Shown here piece after piece: positions 31,154-42,329 of a stretch of DNA of 64,000 nucleotides. A program made the translations under genes and the position numbers. Position 1 is the stretch's first letter; each line of letters begins with the position of its first letter. Source of the DNA: Candidatus Marinacidobacterales bacterium (GTDB lineage: Bacteria; Acidobacteriota; Vicinamibacteria; Marinacidobacterales; SMYC01); NCBI GenBank assembly GCA_965237955.1, contig OZ250169.1, positions 896,001 to 960,000 of the forward strand, read 5' to 3'. The notes under the pieces were generated by a model. It saw nothing but the letters and a program-made list of their open reading frames with translations. It had not been told where the DNA came from and did not search any database.

Positions 31154-33505
31154 TGCCTTGGTGCACAACTCGCGATCTCGGTCCACAATTGTCCTTTACT
31201 CACGGATTCGAGGTTCCCCATGAGCATTTTCAAACGCACTCAGCGGAAGTATGTGAAGAAGGCCTATCGCGTGAGGAATTGGCGTGAATATGAGGCGGGT
31301 CTACGCAACCGTGGGAGCTTGACCGTCTGGATCTCGCTCACCGCCGGCAAGCTTGTGAACTGGGACGCGCCCCGGCCGAGGAGGAGGAAACCGGGCCGTC
31401 AACGCAAGTACTCGAACCACGCCATCGAGACGGCTGTCACCCTGGGCATGGTGTTTCATCTGTCATCTAGGCAGAGCGAGGGATTGCTGCGGTCGTTGTT
31501 CGCTCTGATGAAGCTAGACAATGATGTGCCCGATCACACCACGATCTCGAGGCGCAAGGCGAAGCTGGGTAAGGTCCCCTTCTACCAAGACAAGCAGAAG
31601 ACGCCGTTGCACATCTTGATCGACAGCAGCGGTCTCGCTGTCCACGCCGGCCAGCTGCGCAGAGCACCAAAGAGCAGGGACTATCGCAAGCTCCATCTGT
31701 GTGTCGACGAGCAGAGTGGCGAAGTCGTCGCCGGCGAGCTGACGAGCAAAAGAGCCCGCGATTCATCGCTGGTTGCATCGCTTGTCGGACAGATCGACAG
31801 TTGACCTTGCCCGGGAAAAGTGGACGGGTTGATCATCTCGCATCAGCAGATTTAAGAGCGTGTAATTGCTCGAACAGCATCGGGCTCACGTAGCCGAGCG
31901 ACGAGTGAAGTCGATGCGGGTTGTAGAAGCCTTCGATGTAGCTGGCGACGGCGTCTTTGGCGCTCCGCCGGGTTGGCCAGCTCCGCCGGTTGACGAGCTC
32001 GGTCTTGAGCGTACCGAAGAAGCTTTCGCTCACGGCGTTGTCCCAGCAATTACCTTTGCGGCTCATCGAGCACACGATGCCGTACTCATCGAGCACGGCC
32101 TGGTAAGACGCAGCCGCGTATTGAGTACCACGGTCTGAATGATGCACAAGCCACTTCCAGGCAGACGGCGCCCCAAGGCCATGTGAAGCGCCTCGAGAGC
32201 AAGCTCTGCGCGCAGGTGGGACTGCATCGCCCAGCCGACGACACGACGCGAGAACAGATCGAGGATGACCGCCAAGTAGAGCCAGCCTTCCCAAGTCCGG
32301 ATGAAGGTTATGTCCGTCACCCAGAACTGGTTCGCTCGTTCGGCTTCGAAGTGCCGGCCGAGCACGTTGGGCGCGATAGGGCGATCGTGCTTGCTGTCGG
32401 TCGTGCGGCGAAAACGCTTGCTGGGCAGGCCCTGCAGGCCCATCTCACGCATCAGCCGTGCCACTCGCTGCTTGCCCACCTCGACGTTCTCCCCGTCAAG
32501 CTGGCGACGTACACGCTCCCTGCCGTAGGTACCACGGCTATGGGCGTGGATCGCTTGGATGCGCAGCTTCAGCTTCCCATCCTCACACTGTCGCCTGCTG
32601 GGCGCGCGCTTCATCTGAGCGTAGTAGCCGCTGGTCGATACCCTCAGGACTCGGCACATCACCCGCACCGGATAGTTGGCCCGCTCCGCGTGAATGAACT
32701 TGAATCTCATTCGCTTTCCTTCGCGAAGAAGGCCGCCGCCTTTTTTAATATTTCTCGCTCTTGCTCCAACGTGCGTACTCGACGTCGCAGCGAACGGAGC
32801 TCATCACGTTCCGCCGTCGTCAGAGCCTCGCGTGGACCTTCACCGTGATCAACCTCGTATTGTTTCACCCAGTTTCGAAGGGCTGATTCCGTCAGGTCCA
32901 GTTCCTTAGCGACCTGGCCGATGCTGCGCTCGCCCGCTTTGAACAGCCGGACCGCTTCCTTCTTGAACTCCCCCGTGAACTTCCTTCGTCGTCGCTTTCC
33001 CATGGACGCCTCCAGGCGCATTGTCGCGCCTCGGTTGGTGTCCACAAAACCCGGGCAGGGTCAAGTCCCATCTCATCGGCCAGAGCTGACACCGCATACG
33101 ACGCCAGCGGCGTCTATGAGGCAATCGAGAATCACAGCGCTCATCGCTCGCCGAGGGTGCTGATACCGCCGCGCAAGGGCGCCCAGCTCGCATCGGGGCC
33201 GGCGAGCAGCCGACAGCGCAATCGCAACATTGCAGCACAAGCTCGGCTCGGCAAACGAAAGCGGCACACAGAATCGGGCTACAGCAAACGGAGCAAAGTC
33301 GAGACAACGTTCCATCGCTACAAGGCTATCGTGGGCTCAGCGATGCGAGCGAGAGGGTTGGCGGCACAGAGAGTCGAGGCAAGGATCGGGTGCAAGATTC
33401 TGAACACCATGACGGCGCTCGGGATGCCTGATAGCGAGATGATCGGATGATGGGAGTCGGGGCCAAGCGAGCTATCGGCCTCTATCGGAGTTGTGCACCA
33501 AGGCA
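31154..33505 (+). mobile_element. IS-B::IS3 nested element, copy 2 (inverted; IS3 at 31802-33063)
   Basis: 2352-bp reverse complement of 27472-29823 with a few substitutions. Confidence 0.95.
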
Positions 33506-33842
33506 CGGCCGCGGCGACAAAAGACACCCACCACGCGCGCCACAAGATCGCCCCGGTCGTCCACGGGCTCCACACGAGCAAGTGGTAGCAAACTTGCGAG
33601 ATGGAGAGTACGGCCATGCCGCCGAGCGCCCAGCGACGGTATTTCTCGAGGGCGCCGAGTTGAATCAAGGCAAGGAACGCGCCAACTCCGAGGCCGGTCA
33701 GCGAAAGGAGAACGCGCAGGCGGATCGTGCCGAACGACTGGAGGGTGGCGGCCGAGACGAGTAGCAGGCCCGACAGGAGGATCGCGGCGATAAGAACAAA
33801 GCGCAAGCTCCGTTGCATGTCGGATTTCCCGACGGTTAACAC
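33506..33842 (-). pseudogene. Membrane protein truncated by IS-B
   Basis: About four hydrophobic helices running into the TIR. Confidence 0.5.
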
Positions 33843-34320
33843 TATACGACAAAGATAGAGCTTTCGGGTCAGTGGGTCAGTGTCAGTGCCAGATGAGGGC
33901 GTCGTTCATGTCACCGACCGCGTCCTCGTCGCCGGCGAGATAGCGCGCCGCGATGAGCTCGGCATCGGCGAAGGCCACGAAGATAGATATAGCCGACGGG
34001 AAATTTGTGCGGAATGGCGGCGGCTTCGAGCGCAGCGATCGGCGCGAGCTCCATGAAGTCGTCGATCGGCATCGTGAGCCGAATCTCGGCGTCTTGTCCT
34101 TCGGCGTCCGGTTTTCCCGAGGTTTCGCCAGAGCTGTCGGACGCCACGACGGTCGTCGCGTCGCGCCAGTCAGTGCCTACGATTAGCCCGATAGCCGGCG
34201 GCCGTTTCGTGGCGGGATTCTTTCTTGGATCGCTTTTTCTTTTCCGGTGCGTACGTAGTTGCCGCGGTCGCGCTCGTTGGCGTCGTTGCGGCGTCCCCCG
34301 CGCTGGTCAATCTCGACGAC

Positions 34321-35598
34321 CTAGAACGAAACGTCCCACTGCAGACGGGCGCGCCAGCCGGTGTCTTCTGATCCCAACGGGAGTGTTGTCTTTAGGTGCG
34401 ACACGTCCATCGTGATCTTGTTGTTGTGCCCGCTGAAAAACCAATTGCCACCAAATGTCACCTCACGGTCGACGGGGAGGAGTACGCCCTTTTTCGAGTC
34501 GACGCGGGCTACACGAACAGCTAATTCCAGCGGGTTGGGGAACGCGTCGATCGCTTCGTGGAAGAAGTAGCCCGCCTGCGCGTACCAACCGTCGAGCTCG
34601 GTGATCTCCTGGTGCACGAGATCATCGACGCGCTTGAAGTGATACTCACCTTGGAGCGAGAACCCGCGGCCCTGGTAGGCGAATTCGGTCATCCATTGCT
34701 CCAGCTTGTATTGTCCGGGTTCGCCCGGCTCGAACCCGGGAAGCTGGCCAGCGCCGCCCGACGAGAATCGAGTGAAGCGCCCGACGTTTCTCGAGGCGGC
34801 AACAGCGAGGGACGCGGCGGGTTCCGGCCGACGGCGTATGTCCGACTGGCCGAAACCGAGATCGCGTTTCAGGAAATTCCATTGCCAGCGCCCGACGACC
34901 ATTGGCTCGCGGTCCTCGTCGAGCCCGCCGCCTCGGCCGGTCCCGGTGAGGACGCCGCCCGCATATCGTGAGTCGGCCCACGATCCTGCAAACAGGCGGC
35001 CCATGACGGTTGCTCCTGACTGTCGGTCGACGGTGAAGGGGCTGTTGACGATCGACCGGTCGGCAAACTGCTGCGCACCTGAGGAATCCAACCGCTCGCG
35101 GTTGTAGAGCGCTTTGTACTGCCCGATCCGAACCCCAATTCCGTCGTTGGGCTGGAAATCGAATTGAAACGTGAGCATGACGCTTCCAACGATGCTGTAC
35201 TCGAGGTAGTACCTGAGCCACGGACGATAGGCGTGGCCGTCGAGCTTGAATCGTGCCCGGCGGATTCGGAACCCGGCGGCCTCTTCGACGCCGTCCTCTT
35301 CTCCAACGAGGTCTTCGCTGGTCACGGCTGTGGTGCGTGTCTGTGCGCGCCAACGGATCCTCGCCGCGAACTTCCCGTCTTTGCTTTTGAGATGCAAACC
35401 GTCCTTGTAGTACACCTCGACGGGGGAGCCTTCTTCGGGCTCGTTTTTCTCCTCTTCTTTTTCCTCCTCGTCGTCGGACTCTTGGGTCCCACTCTGTTCG
35501 GCCTGTCCGGCCACGGACGACTGTGGAGTGAACGGAATAGTGAGCGATAGCGCCAATAGCACTACCCAGGGGGACATGAGCATACGGGAATTGGACAC
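34321..35598 (-). CDS. Phosphate-selective porin O/P family protein
   Basis: FRIRRARF.LDG, GQYK, SSG..QF.DRS, C-terminal R.QW..SF. Confidence 0.82.
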   Translation of the reverse strand: MSNSRMLMSPWVVLLALSLTIPFTPQSSVAGQAEQSGTQESDDEEEKEEEKNEPEEGSPVEVYYKDGLHLKSKDGKFAARIRWRAQTRTTAVTSEDLVGEEDGVEEAAGFRIRRARFKLDGHAYRPWLRYYLEYSIVGSVMLTFQFDFQPNDGIGVRIGQYKALYNRERLDSSGAQQFADRSIVNSPFTVDRQSGATVMGRLFAGSWADSRYAGGVLTGTGRGGGLDEDREPMVVGRWQWNFLKRDLGFGQSDIRRRPEPAASLAVAASRNVGRFTRFSSGGAGQLPGFEPGEPGQYKLEQWMTEFAYQGRGFSLQGEYHFKRVDDLVHQEITELDGWYAQAGYFFHEAIDAFPNPLELAVRVARVDSKKGVLLPVDREVTFGGNWFFSGHNNKITMDVSHLKTTLPLGSEDTGWRARLQWDVSF

Positions 35599-35616
35599 GG
35601 TCGGAAGCCTTTGTGT

Positions 35617-35643
35617 GTAACGCTGACGTTACGTTATTGTTAC
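35617..35643 (-). promoter_or_regulatory. Candidate PhoB/OmpR-type tandem box upstream of the porin
   Basis: On the minus strand, GTAAC/GTAAC/GTTAC at exact 11-bp spacing. Confidence 0.45.
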
Positions 35644-35661
35644 ACTGGCCAGCCGGAGGAG

Positions 35662-35800
35662 CTAGCGGAAGGTGAGAGCGGGATCGCCGAAGAGGTGGTA
35701 GATGCTGAGCAGTTCTGGAAAGGCACCGGTTTCGGCGTATTTTCTCTGGGCTTCGAGGATCGCATCGCCGAGCCGGGCATGGCCACCGCGTACAAACTCT
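35662..35800 (-). pseudogene. C-terminal remnant of a peptidase C25-like protein
   Basis: RLGDAILEAQ..YA..GAFPELL.IYHLFGDPAL. Confidence 0.55.
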
Positions 35801-35804
35801 TCCA

Positions 35805-35967
35805 ATGGAGCTGGCCCGCTTCGTTCTGGCTTCTGGCGATTCCTATCGACCACGCGCTCGTCTCCGAAGACGTACGCGTGCTCGATCGCCGCATGGGACC
35901 GTCGATCGGCTCCGATCATTTACCAATCGTGCTGGATATCGCGCTCCCGGCCAACCTCGATCGGTAG
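35805..35967 (+). pseudogene. C-terminal remnant of an endonuclease/exonuclease/phosphatase protein
   Basis: SWP......IPIDHALVS.........GP.IGSDHLPI. Confidence 0.7.
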
Positions 35968-36099
35968 CGGACACCCGCGCGCAGAAGCGCAAGAGTCGCT
36001 GAATCATGCCTGGAGGAGGGAAGCGGGTTGAAAGTCAGGTCCAATTCGTACAGGCTGCGGCATTCGGGTGACGCCGTCATCCAGAAGCGGGAGGCAGAC

Positions 36100-37127
36100 A
36101 TGACCCACCTGACGCGAGCTCTCCGCCTTGCTCTTGCGATTGTCCTTCTTGCGGCGCCCATCGGGGCCCAGACGGGCACGGTCCGCATCATCCAAACCAA
36201 CGCCGCCGGCGACAACGTCCACATCATCGATCCCGCAACACAGGAGGTCGTGGACGTGATCCTCGGTATTCCAATGGCGCACGGGGTGACGTCCGCGCCG
36301 GATGGGAGTGCGCTCTACTTCAGCAACGAAGTGGATCACACGCTCGACATCGTCCCCACGAAGACGCTTCGGGTGACGAAGCAAATTCCGCTCACCGGCC
36401 GGCCGAACAACATCGCCATTACACCGGACGGCAGCAAGGTATACGTTGCGATCACGCGAGAAGACGCCTTCGTCGACGTCGTTCACCTTGACGAGGAGAA
36501 AGTCGTGAAGCGCATCCCCACACTCGGCGGGGTCCACAACGTGTTCATGACGCCGGATGGTCGCTTTGTCGCCGCCGGTATGATCGGAGCGAGAACCCTG
36601 ACCGTCATCGACACCGAGACCGACGAGCCCGTCTGGTCGCTTCATTTCGATGGAGGCGTTCGGCCGATGGCGTTCGAGGCGAAGCCGGATGGCGCGACCA
36701 GCCGGATCTTCGTCCAGATCTCGAACTACCACGGGTTCTACGTCGTGGACTTCGACAAGCGGCTCTTGGTCGAGAAGGTCCCGATGCCCGAGCTCCCGTT
36801 CTCGCAGGTCGATAACGATGGGCTCCAGGGCTCGCCCGGACATGGTCTTTCGTCTCTCCCGACGGCTCTCAGCTCTGGTCGACCAGCAAGCCGAACAAGC
36901 ACGTCTACGCGTGGTCGCTTCCTGATCTCGACTACCTCGGGGGCGTGGCCGTCGGTCATCACCCGGACTGGCTCACGATGACTCCGGACGGACGCTACCT
37001 CTACGCGGCAAACGCTGGCTCGAATACCGTCTCGGTCATCGACACTCAAAAGTTGGAGCGCGTGACCGATATCGCCGTGGGACAGACGCCCAAGCGCAAT
37101 CACACGGTGGTGATCCGATGCTTCTGA
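36100..37127 (+). pseudogene. YVTN/YncE-type beta-propeller, frameshift near 36850
   Basis: Signal peptide and repeated TPDG..Y motifs; C-terminus continues in another frame. Confidence 0.8.
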
Positions 37128-37609
37128 GCCCTCTGAATTTTGACCGCTACCGCGCCGAGATTGAGCCCATCTTCCTGAAACCCCGCGGCGGCCACGGACC
37201 CGGAATGTCGCCGTGCGTTACCTGTCACGTGAGAAACGGCACTCCGCTCAAGCTGGAGCCACTGCAGGAGGATGAGAACGGCGGAGTCTTCTGGACCGAA
37301 GCGCAGTCGCGCAAGAACTTCGAAGTCGTGTCGCAACTGGTCGTGCCAGCTCAGCCCGAGAGGAGCCGGCTACTACAAGTGCCGCTCGTGGTTGGCGCGC
37401 GTTTCCACGTCGGCGGCAAGTTTCTTGATTCCGAAGCCGATCCCGAGTGGCAAACCATGGCGGGGTGGGTCCGAGACGCCGATACGTCGGAAGCAGCGGC
37501 GGGAGACGCTGGTTCTCGCAAGACGATCCGGAATGGCAGATGCTGGCCGCGTGGGTTCGAGGCGAGGAGCCGCGGTGCTCGAGCTATTGAGCCGGTCGCG
37601 AGTGCATGA
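37118..37609 (+). pseudogene. c-type cytochrome-motif protein, apparently degraded
   Basis: CVTCH heme motif, FH.GGKF; the duplicated domain looks deleted. Confidence 0.55.
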
Positions 37610-38226
37610 CGAGGTTGAACTCGCTCGAGCGGCACCAACGAACGCTGGCCCGCTGTAAACGCTGCCCCGGGATGCAGAAGCCGGTCGTGATCGGCAACCC
37701 GGTGATGTCCGAAGTGCTACTGGTAGGCCAAGCGCCTGGGTTCAAAGAAATCGAGATTCACAAACCGTTTGCGTGGACGGCGGGCAAGACGATGTTCGGC
37801 TGGTTCGATTCGATCGGTATCGGTGAAGAATCCTTCCGCGACCTTGTTTACATGGCGGCCGTGTGCCGCTGTTTCCCAGGCAAGAACCCGAAGGGAGGAG
37901 ACCGAGTGCCGGATCGCGAAGAAATCGCGAACTGTGCTGGCTGGCTGGAAGCCGAAGTGAAACTGCTCGAGCCGAAGCTCGTCATCCCCGTTGGAAAGCT
38001 TGCGATCGGCCAGATGATGGAGGTCGACAAACTGAAGGACGTGATCGGCCGCAAATTCCAGCTCAACCTGCACGGTGTGCGTTCCGACATGATTCCTCTG
38101 CCGCACCCTTCGGGCGCCTCCACGTGGCATCGCATGGAGCCGGGGCGAACGCTGCTGGGAAAAGCATTGAAGCTGATCAAGGCACACCGCGCATGGGCCA
38201 AATTGGCGCGCCGACGCGCGACGTAG
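37606..38226 (+). CDS. Uracil-DNA glycosylase superfamily protein
   Basis: C..C, VGQAPG, CRCFPGK...GDR.P, PLPHPSG.S.W. Confidence 0.9.
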   Translation: MTRLNSLERHQRTLARCKRCPGMQKPVVIGNPVMSEVLLVGQAPGFKEIEIHKPFAWTAGKTMFGWFDSIGIGEESFRDLVYMAAVCRCFPGKNPKGGDRVPDREEIANCAGWLEAEVKLLEPKLVIPVGKLAIGQMMEVDKLKDVIGRKFQLNLHGVRSDMIPLPHPSGASTWHRMEPGRTLLGKALKLIKAHRAWAKLARRRAT

Positions 38227-38320
38227 GGTGCTTCCGCCGTTTACTGTTGGCGATCCGTTCTCAGCAACACTTAGTGACGGAAGCACCAGGGATTTCGGCG
38301 ATCGCAGCTCAAGGTCGCTT

Positions 38321-41300
38321 TCACGGCCGCTTCAGCAAATCCTCCAGCTCGTAAACCTGTCCGTTCTGGATCACTGTTCGAACTCGCCGGGCGTCGCGGA
38401 TTTCCTCCAGAGGATTGCCGTCCACGATGACGATGTCGGCCAGCTTTCCGGCCTCGATAGATCCCAAGTCTTCGGCGGCGCCCAGTGACTCGGCGGCATG
38501 AAGGCTGACGGTCTGGAGGGCTCGAAGGGGGCTCAGACCCGCTTCTTCTACAAAATGTTGGAGCTCGGCATGGAGGCTGACGGCGTAGGGGAGAATGTCA
38601 GTGCCACCGAGGATGCGGACGCCAGCCTCGCTGTAGTCTTTCACGATGCGCCCCAGCCGCTTGAGACGGTTCTCCTCAGAAGCCCTGTCTTTCCGGGCAC
38701 GCTCCATCGCGGCTCGGATGGACTCGATGACCGGAGAAGGAAAAAGATCCAGACGTCGGTCCTCGATGAGCGCCGGCTCGCGCACGGCCGCCAGCGGGAA
38801 AGAGAAGACCCCCATGGTGGGAGTGGTCGCCATTCCCGAGCGGGCGAGGATCTCGATGACGTCCTGGTAGGTCCGGAAGGTCCAAGTGGCCTTGGGTGAG
38901 TAGCCGCGCCGGCTCGTGCCCCGGTAGTGCTCGATCCCGTCAGTGCCATATGCAGCCGCGGGATAGAGCTCGTGCGAAGTGACGGGAATTCCCATCTCGT
39001 GGGCGCGCTCCACGATTCGCTTCTGGACCGGATCGGAAAGCCGCACGTAGGTCTTGATGAAGTCGTACTCGAGCTTTCGGGCGCGCTCCAGCTCCGCCTC
39101 CAACTGCGCTCCAGCGTCCATAGCCAGCGCGCCCGCATAGTACGTCCGCGAACCGTCGAAGCTCTGGCCGGTGAAAAACTCGCGAGGGCCGACGCGCTTA
39201 CCGGAGGAGATGGACTCCAGACGCTCTCGCGCCTCGTAGGGATTGGACAAGGGCTCCCTCACCGAGGTGATGCCATAAGACAGCCAGATGCGGCCGAGGA
39301 CCTCCCCGAAACCGGCCTGCTGGTGGACGTGCATGTCGATGAGCCCTGGAATCACCGTACCCTGACCGCCGTCTACGACCCGCCCGGAGTGAAGGTCGGA
39401 CCGGTGGGGTGTGATCTCTCGAATCCGGTGACCCATAATGATGATGTCCATGTCGCGGCGCAGAGAATCGGAGCGGCCGTCGAAGAGACGGCCGGCATGG
39501 ACCACGAGGCGATCCGTGGGAAGCTTCCGCCTCCATGTAAGCTCGAGCGGTAGGGTCTCCACGCGACCGTCGTCGAGGGAGACACGCTGCAGCCGATCGA
39601 CGGCCATGAAGAAAATCGCTCGCGAGTCTCCCGTCCAAGAGATCGCTTCCGCCAGCTCGTTCGCGAACCGTCGCGGCGGTCCAATAGGCTCACCGGCTTT
39701 GCCCACCGGGACGACCCAGAGCGCCCCATCGCTCGTGAAAGCCATCATGCTCCCGTCGGGAGACCAGACCGGGCCGTCGGTTCCTCTCGATCCGATCGAG
39801 CGGTGGGAAAATGGCGTGACCCTGCGATCGGGAGAACCATGACGAGAAATGAGAAGGATGTCGTTTCGCCCTTCGCGAAAGCGGGAGGAGTACCGGTTGA
39901 GAGCAGAGACCGCGACGACGGTCCCGTCGGAAGACCAGGTTGCCCGCCCCGACGCAGGCGAACAGCAGTTTGATTCCGACATCAGCGGAGCGTGGAGATC
40001 TACCACCTCTCCGGAGACGACATCGACGAGCTTGAGTGCGCCTCGGCCATCGGAGAAGACAACTAGGGAGTTGTCGGGAGACCAGGCGGGATACGTCTCA
40101 GCGCCAGGGCGGTCGGTAAGCTGTCGGTCCTCGCCGGTGCGAAGGTTTTTGATCCAGAGGTCCATCGTCCCCGCGCGATCGCATGCGTAAACCAGCCGCT
40201 CTCCGTCCGATGACCAGGCTGGATGGAGCTCGACGAAACCATCCTCGGTGAGTCGTTCGGGCTCCCCGCCGATCGTAAGGAGCCAGAGATCACCGAGAGC
40301 CACGAATGCGATGTGATTGCCGTCAGGAGAGACAGCAGGCGTGACGATGCCCAGTACCGGTTGGGGATCGGTGGAATCGAAGTCCCTTCGCCGTCTTTCG
40401 TAGGTGTGTCTTTCCAATGTCACGGTCGCCTTGAAAGCTACGGTCTCGGGATCGCTCAGATCCACAGAGCGGCGTTTGATCTTTCCGTCGGCCGTGTAGA
40501 GAAACTCGGTCGGGGAAAGCCATGAGGCCCGGAATGGGAAGACATCCTCATCCGGGAGAGTGACTAGTCGGGGTTTGTTCGAAGATGACAAGGATCCGCT
40601 CTCGGTGACGTCCACCAGAAGGAGGCGGCTTTCAAGCCCTTCGATCTCGTTGAAAAGGAGCATCGTCCCATCGGGGCTCCATGACGGAGCCGAGGCGTTG
40701 CCGGTCACCGTCGTAACGGTCCGCTGCTTTCCATCGCGGAAGAGGACCCGCACCGAGCGGGCGGTCTCCGAGATGCCGTCCCCGGAGTCCCGACTCCCGG
40801 GAATACTCGGCACCACCACAAGGTCCTGCTCGGAGACGAACGCGATCCTCTGGTCATCGGGCGACCAGGCGGGCGCGAACTCGTTTCCGGCGCCTGTCGT
40901 GAGCCGGTCGAGTCGACCCGTCTCCAACTCCAGTTCCCAGAGATCGTACGTGCCTTCCCGGTCGGAGGAGAAGGCGATCTTGGAGCCGTCGCTCGACCAG
41001 TGAGGCTCGCGGTCATCGAACGGGCCGAACGTGAGTTGGCGCAGATCCGTCCCCTCGGCCGAGACCGTCCATAGGTGCCAGTTCCCGTCGCGGTAGGATT
41101 GGAAGGCAATCCGCTTTCCGTCCGGGGAGAAGGCCGGCTGGCGAGCGTCACCCAGAGCGTCGGTCGAGGCTTTAGCTGTACCACCCGCCGCCGGCAACTG
41201 CCAGATCGTTCCCTGGAGATCGATAGCGATGATCCTTCCGTCCGGGGAGAGGGCGGCAGCGAAGTCGGTTCCCTCCTCCAGGGTGACTCCGATCTGCCTG

Positions 41301-41410
41301 ACGGCTAAACTCGATTCTCCCTGACCGGAACTTCCTACCGGAGCGAAAAGGCACACGACGGCGCCGAGACAAAAAGAGATGACAAGCAAACGCCGATTTG
41401 ATTTCTGCAT
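38321..41410 (-). CDS. PD40/TolB repeat + amidohydrolase protein
   Basis: Many P.WSPDG repeats, PGLIDMHVH, G.IEAGKLADIV. Confidence 0.9.
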   Translation of the reverse strand: MQKSNRRLLVISFCLGAVVCLFAPVGSSGQGESSLAVRQIGVTLEEGTDFAAALSPDGRIIAIDLQGTIWQLPAAGGTAKASTDALGDARQPAFSPDGKRIAFQSYRDGNWHLWTVSAEGTDLRQLTFGPFDDREPHWSSDGSKIAFSSDREGTYDLWELELETGRLDRLTTGAGNEFAPAWSPDDQRIAFVSEQDLVVVPSIPGSRDSGDGISETARSVRVLFRDGKQRTVTTVTGNASAPSWSPDGTMLLFNEIEGLESRLLLVDVTESGSLSSSNKPRLVTLPDEDVFPFRASWLSPTEFLYTADGKIKRRSVDLSDPETVAFKATVTLERHTYERRRRDFDSTDPQPVLGIVTPAVSPDGNHIAFVALGDLWLLTIGGEPERLTEDGFVELHPAWSSDGERLVYACDRAGTMDLWIKNLRTGEDRQLTDRPGAETYPAWSPDNSLVVFSDGRGALKLVDVVSGEVVDLHAPLMSESNCCSPASGRATWSSDGTVVAVSALNRYSSRFREGRNDILLISRHGSPDRRVTPFSHRSIGSRGTDGPVWSPDGSMMAFTSDGALWVVPVGKAGEPIGPPRRFANELAEAISWTGDSRAIFFMAVDRLQRVSLDDGRVETLPLELTWRRKLPTDRLVVHAGRLFDGRSDSLRRDMDIIIMGHRIREITPHRSDLHSGRVVDGGQGTVIPGLIDMHVHQQAGFGEVLGRIWLSYGITSVREPLSNPYEARERLESISSGKRVGPREFFTGQSFDGSRTYYAGALAMDAGAQLEAELERARKLEYDFIKTYVRLSDPVQKRIVERAHEMGIPVTSHELYPAAAYGTDGIEHYRGTSRRGYSPKATWTFRTYQDVIEILARSGMATTPTMGVFSFPLAAVREPALIEDRRLDLFPSPVIESIRAAMERARKDRASEENRLKRLGRIVKDYSEAGVRILGGTDILPYAVSLHAELQHFVEEAGLSPLRALQTVSLHAAESLGAAEDLGSIEAGKLADIVIVDGNPLEEIRDARRVRTVIQNGQVYELEDLLKRP

Positions 41411-41705
41411 TGGACCCTTCCTCTGGGATGGGTGTATTCACCTAGGAGTCGCGAGAATTCGAGTTTCGTGATGTTAGTCAGATCCGCTCCAACAGGCAAG
41501 TCGGGGGGAAGCGGTCATCGACAGGCCGGGCGATCCAGCACCCTCTGCGGCCGGATGGTGTTGGTTGGTTTTCACCGTGCGACTTTTAATCCGTAGACTG
41601 AGTCCTACGCACTGCGGGCGGGGCATTCGCCTGTACAACGATCGGGTCATCGGCGTGGCCAGCACTGGTGGGCCGGCAAGCCGTTGACCAGAACACATAC
41701 TAATA

Positions 41706-42286
41706 ATGAAGCGAGTTTGGCTATGGTGGAGTAGCGGGAAGGAAAGCGCGTGGACTCTCCACGTTCTCCGCAATCAGCCGGCTATCGAAGTAGGCGCCCT
41801 CGTCACCACGGTGAATGAGCGCTTCGACCGCGTCGCGATGCACGCTGTGCGTCGCGACCTCTTGCAGGCTCAGGCCCGATCAGCCGGGGCGGAGCTTCGG
41901 GTTGTCCGCATCCCGCATCCGTACCCGAACGCTGACTACGAAGCCCTTTTCAGGAATACCATCGACGAGGCCCGGAAGGAAGGCGTGACTTGCATGGCGT
42001 TCGGCGATTTGTTTTTGGACGATGTAAGGAGATGGTGGACGGGGGGCTTCGTGCCACGATCACTTGCGTGGACCCGAAAGTCCTTCCGCGCGAGCTCGCG
42101 GGGCGGGAATTCGATTCCGGCTTTCTGGCGGAGCTTCCCGAGGACGTCGATCCATGCGGCGAGAGGGGAGAGTTCCATACGTTCGCCTGGGCGGGTCCCG
42201 TTTTCTCGGCTCCCGTCGCGTGCACGGTCGGTGAGACCGTCGAGCGGGAAGGATTCGTGTTCACCGATCTGATACCCGCCAGTTAA
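41706..42286 (+). pseudogene. PP-loop adenine nucleotide alpha hydrolase (diphthine-ammonia ligase-like), with internal deletion/frameshift
   Basis: SSGKES, AFGDLFL, then DPCGE.GEFHT in another frame. Confidence 0.8.
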
Positions 42287-42329
42287 GATTAGCCGAGATA
42301 AGTCGAGATAAGTTGAGATAGACTCGGTC

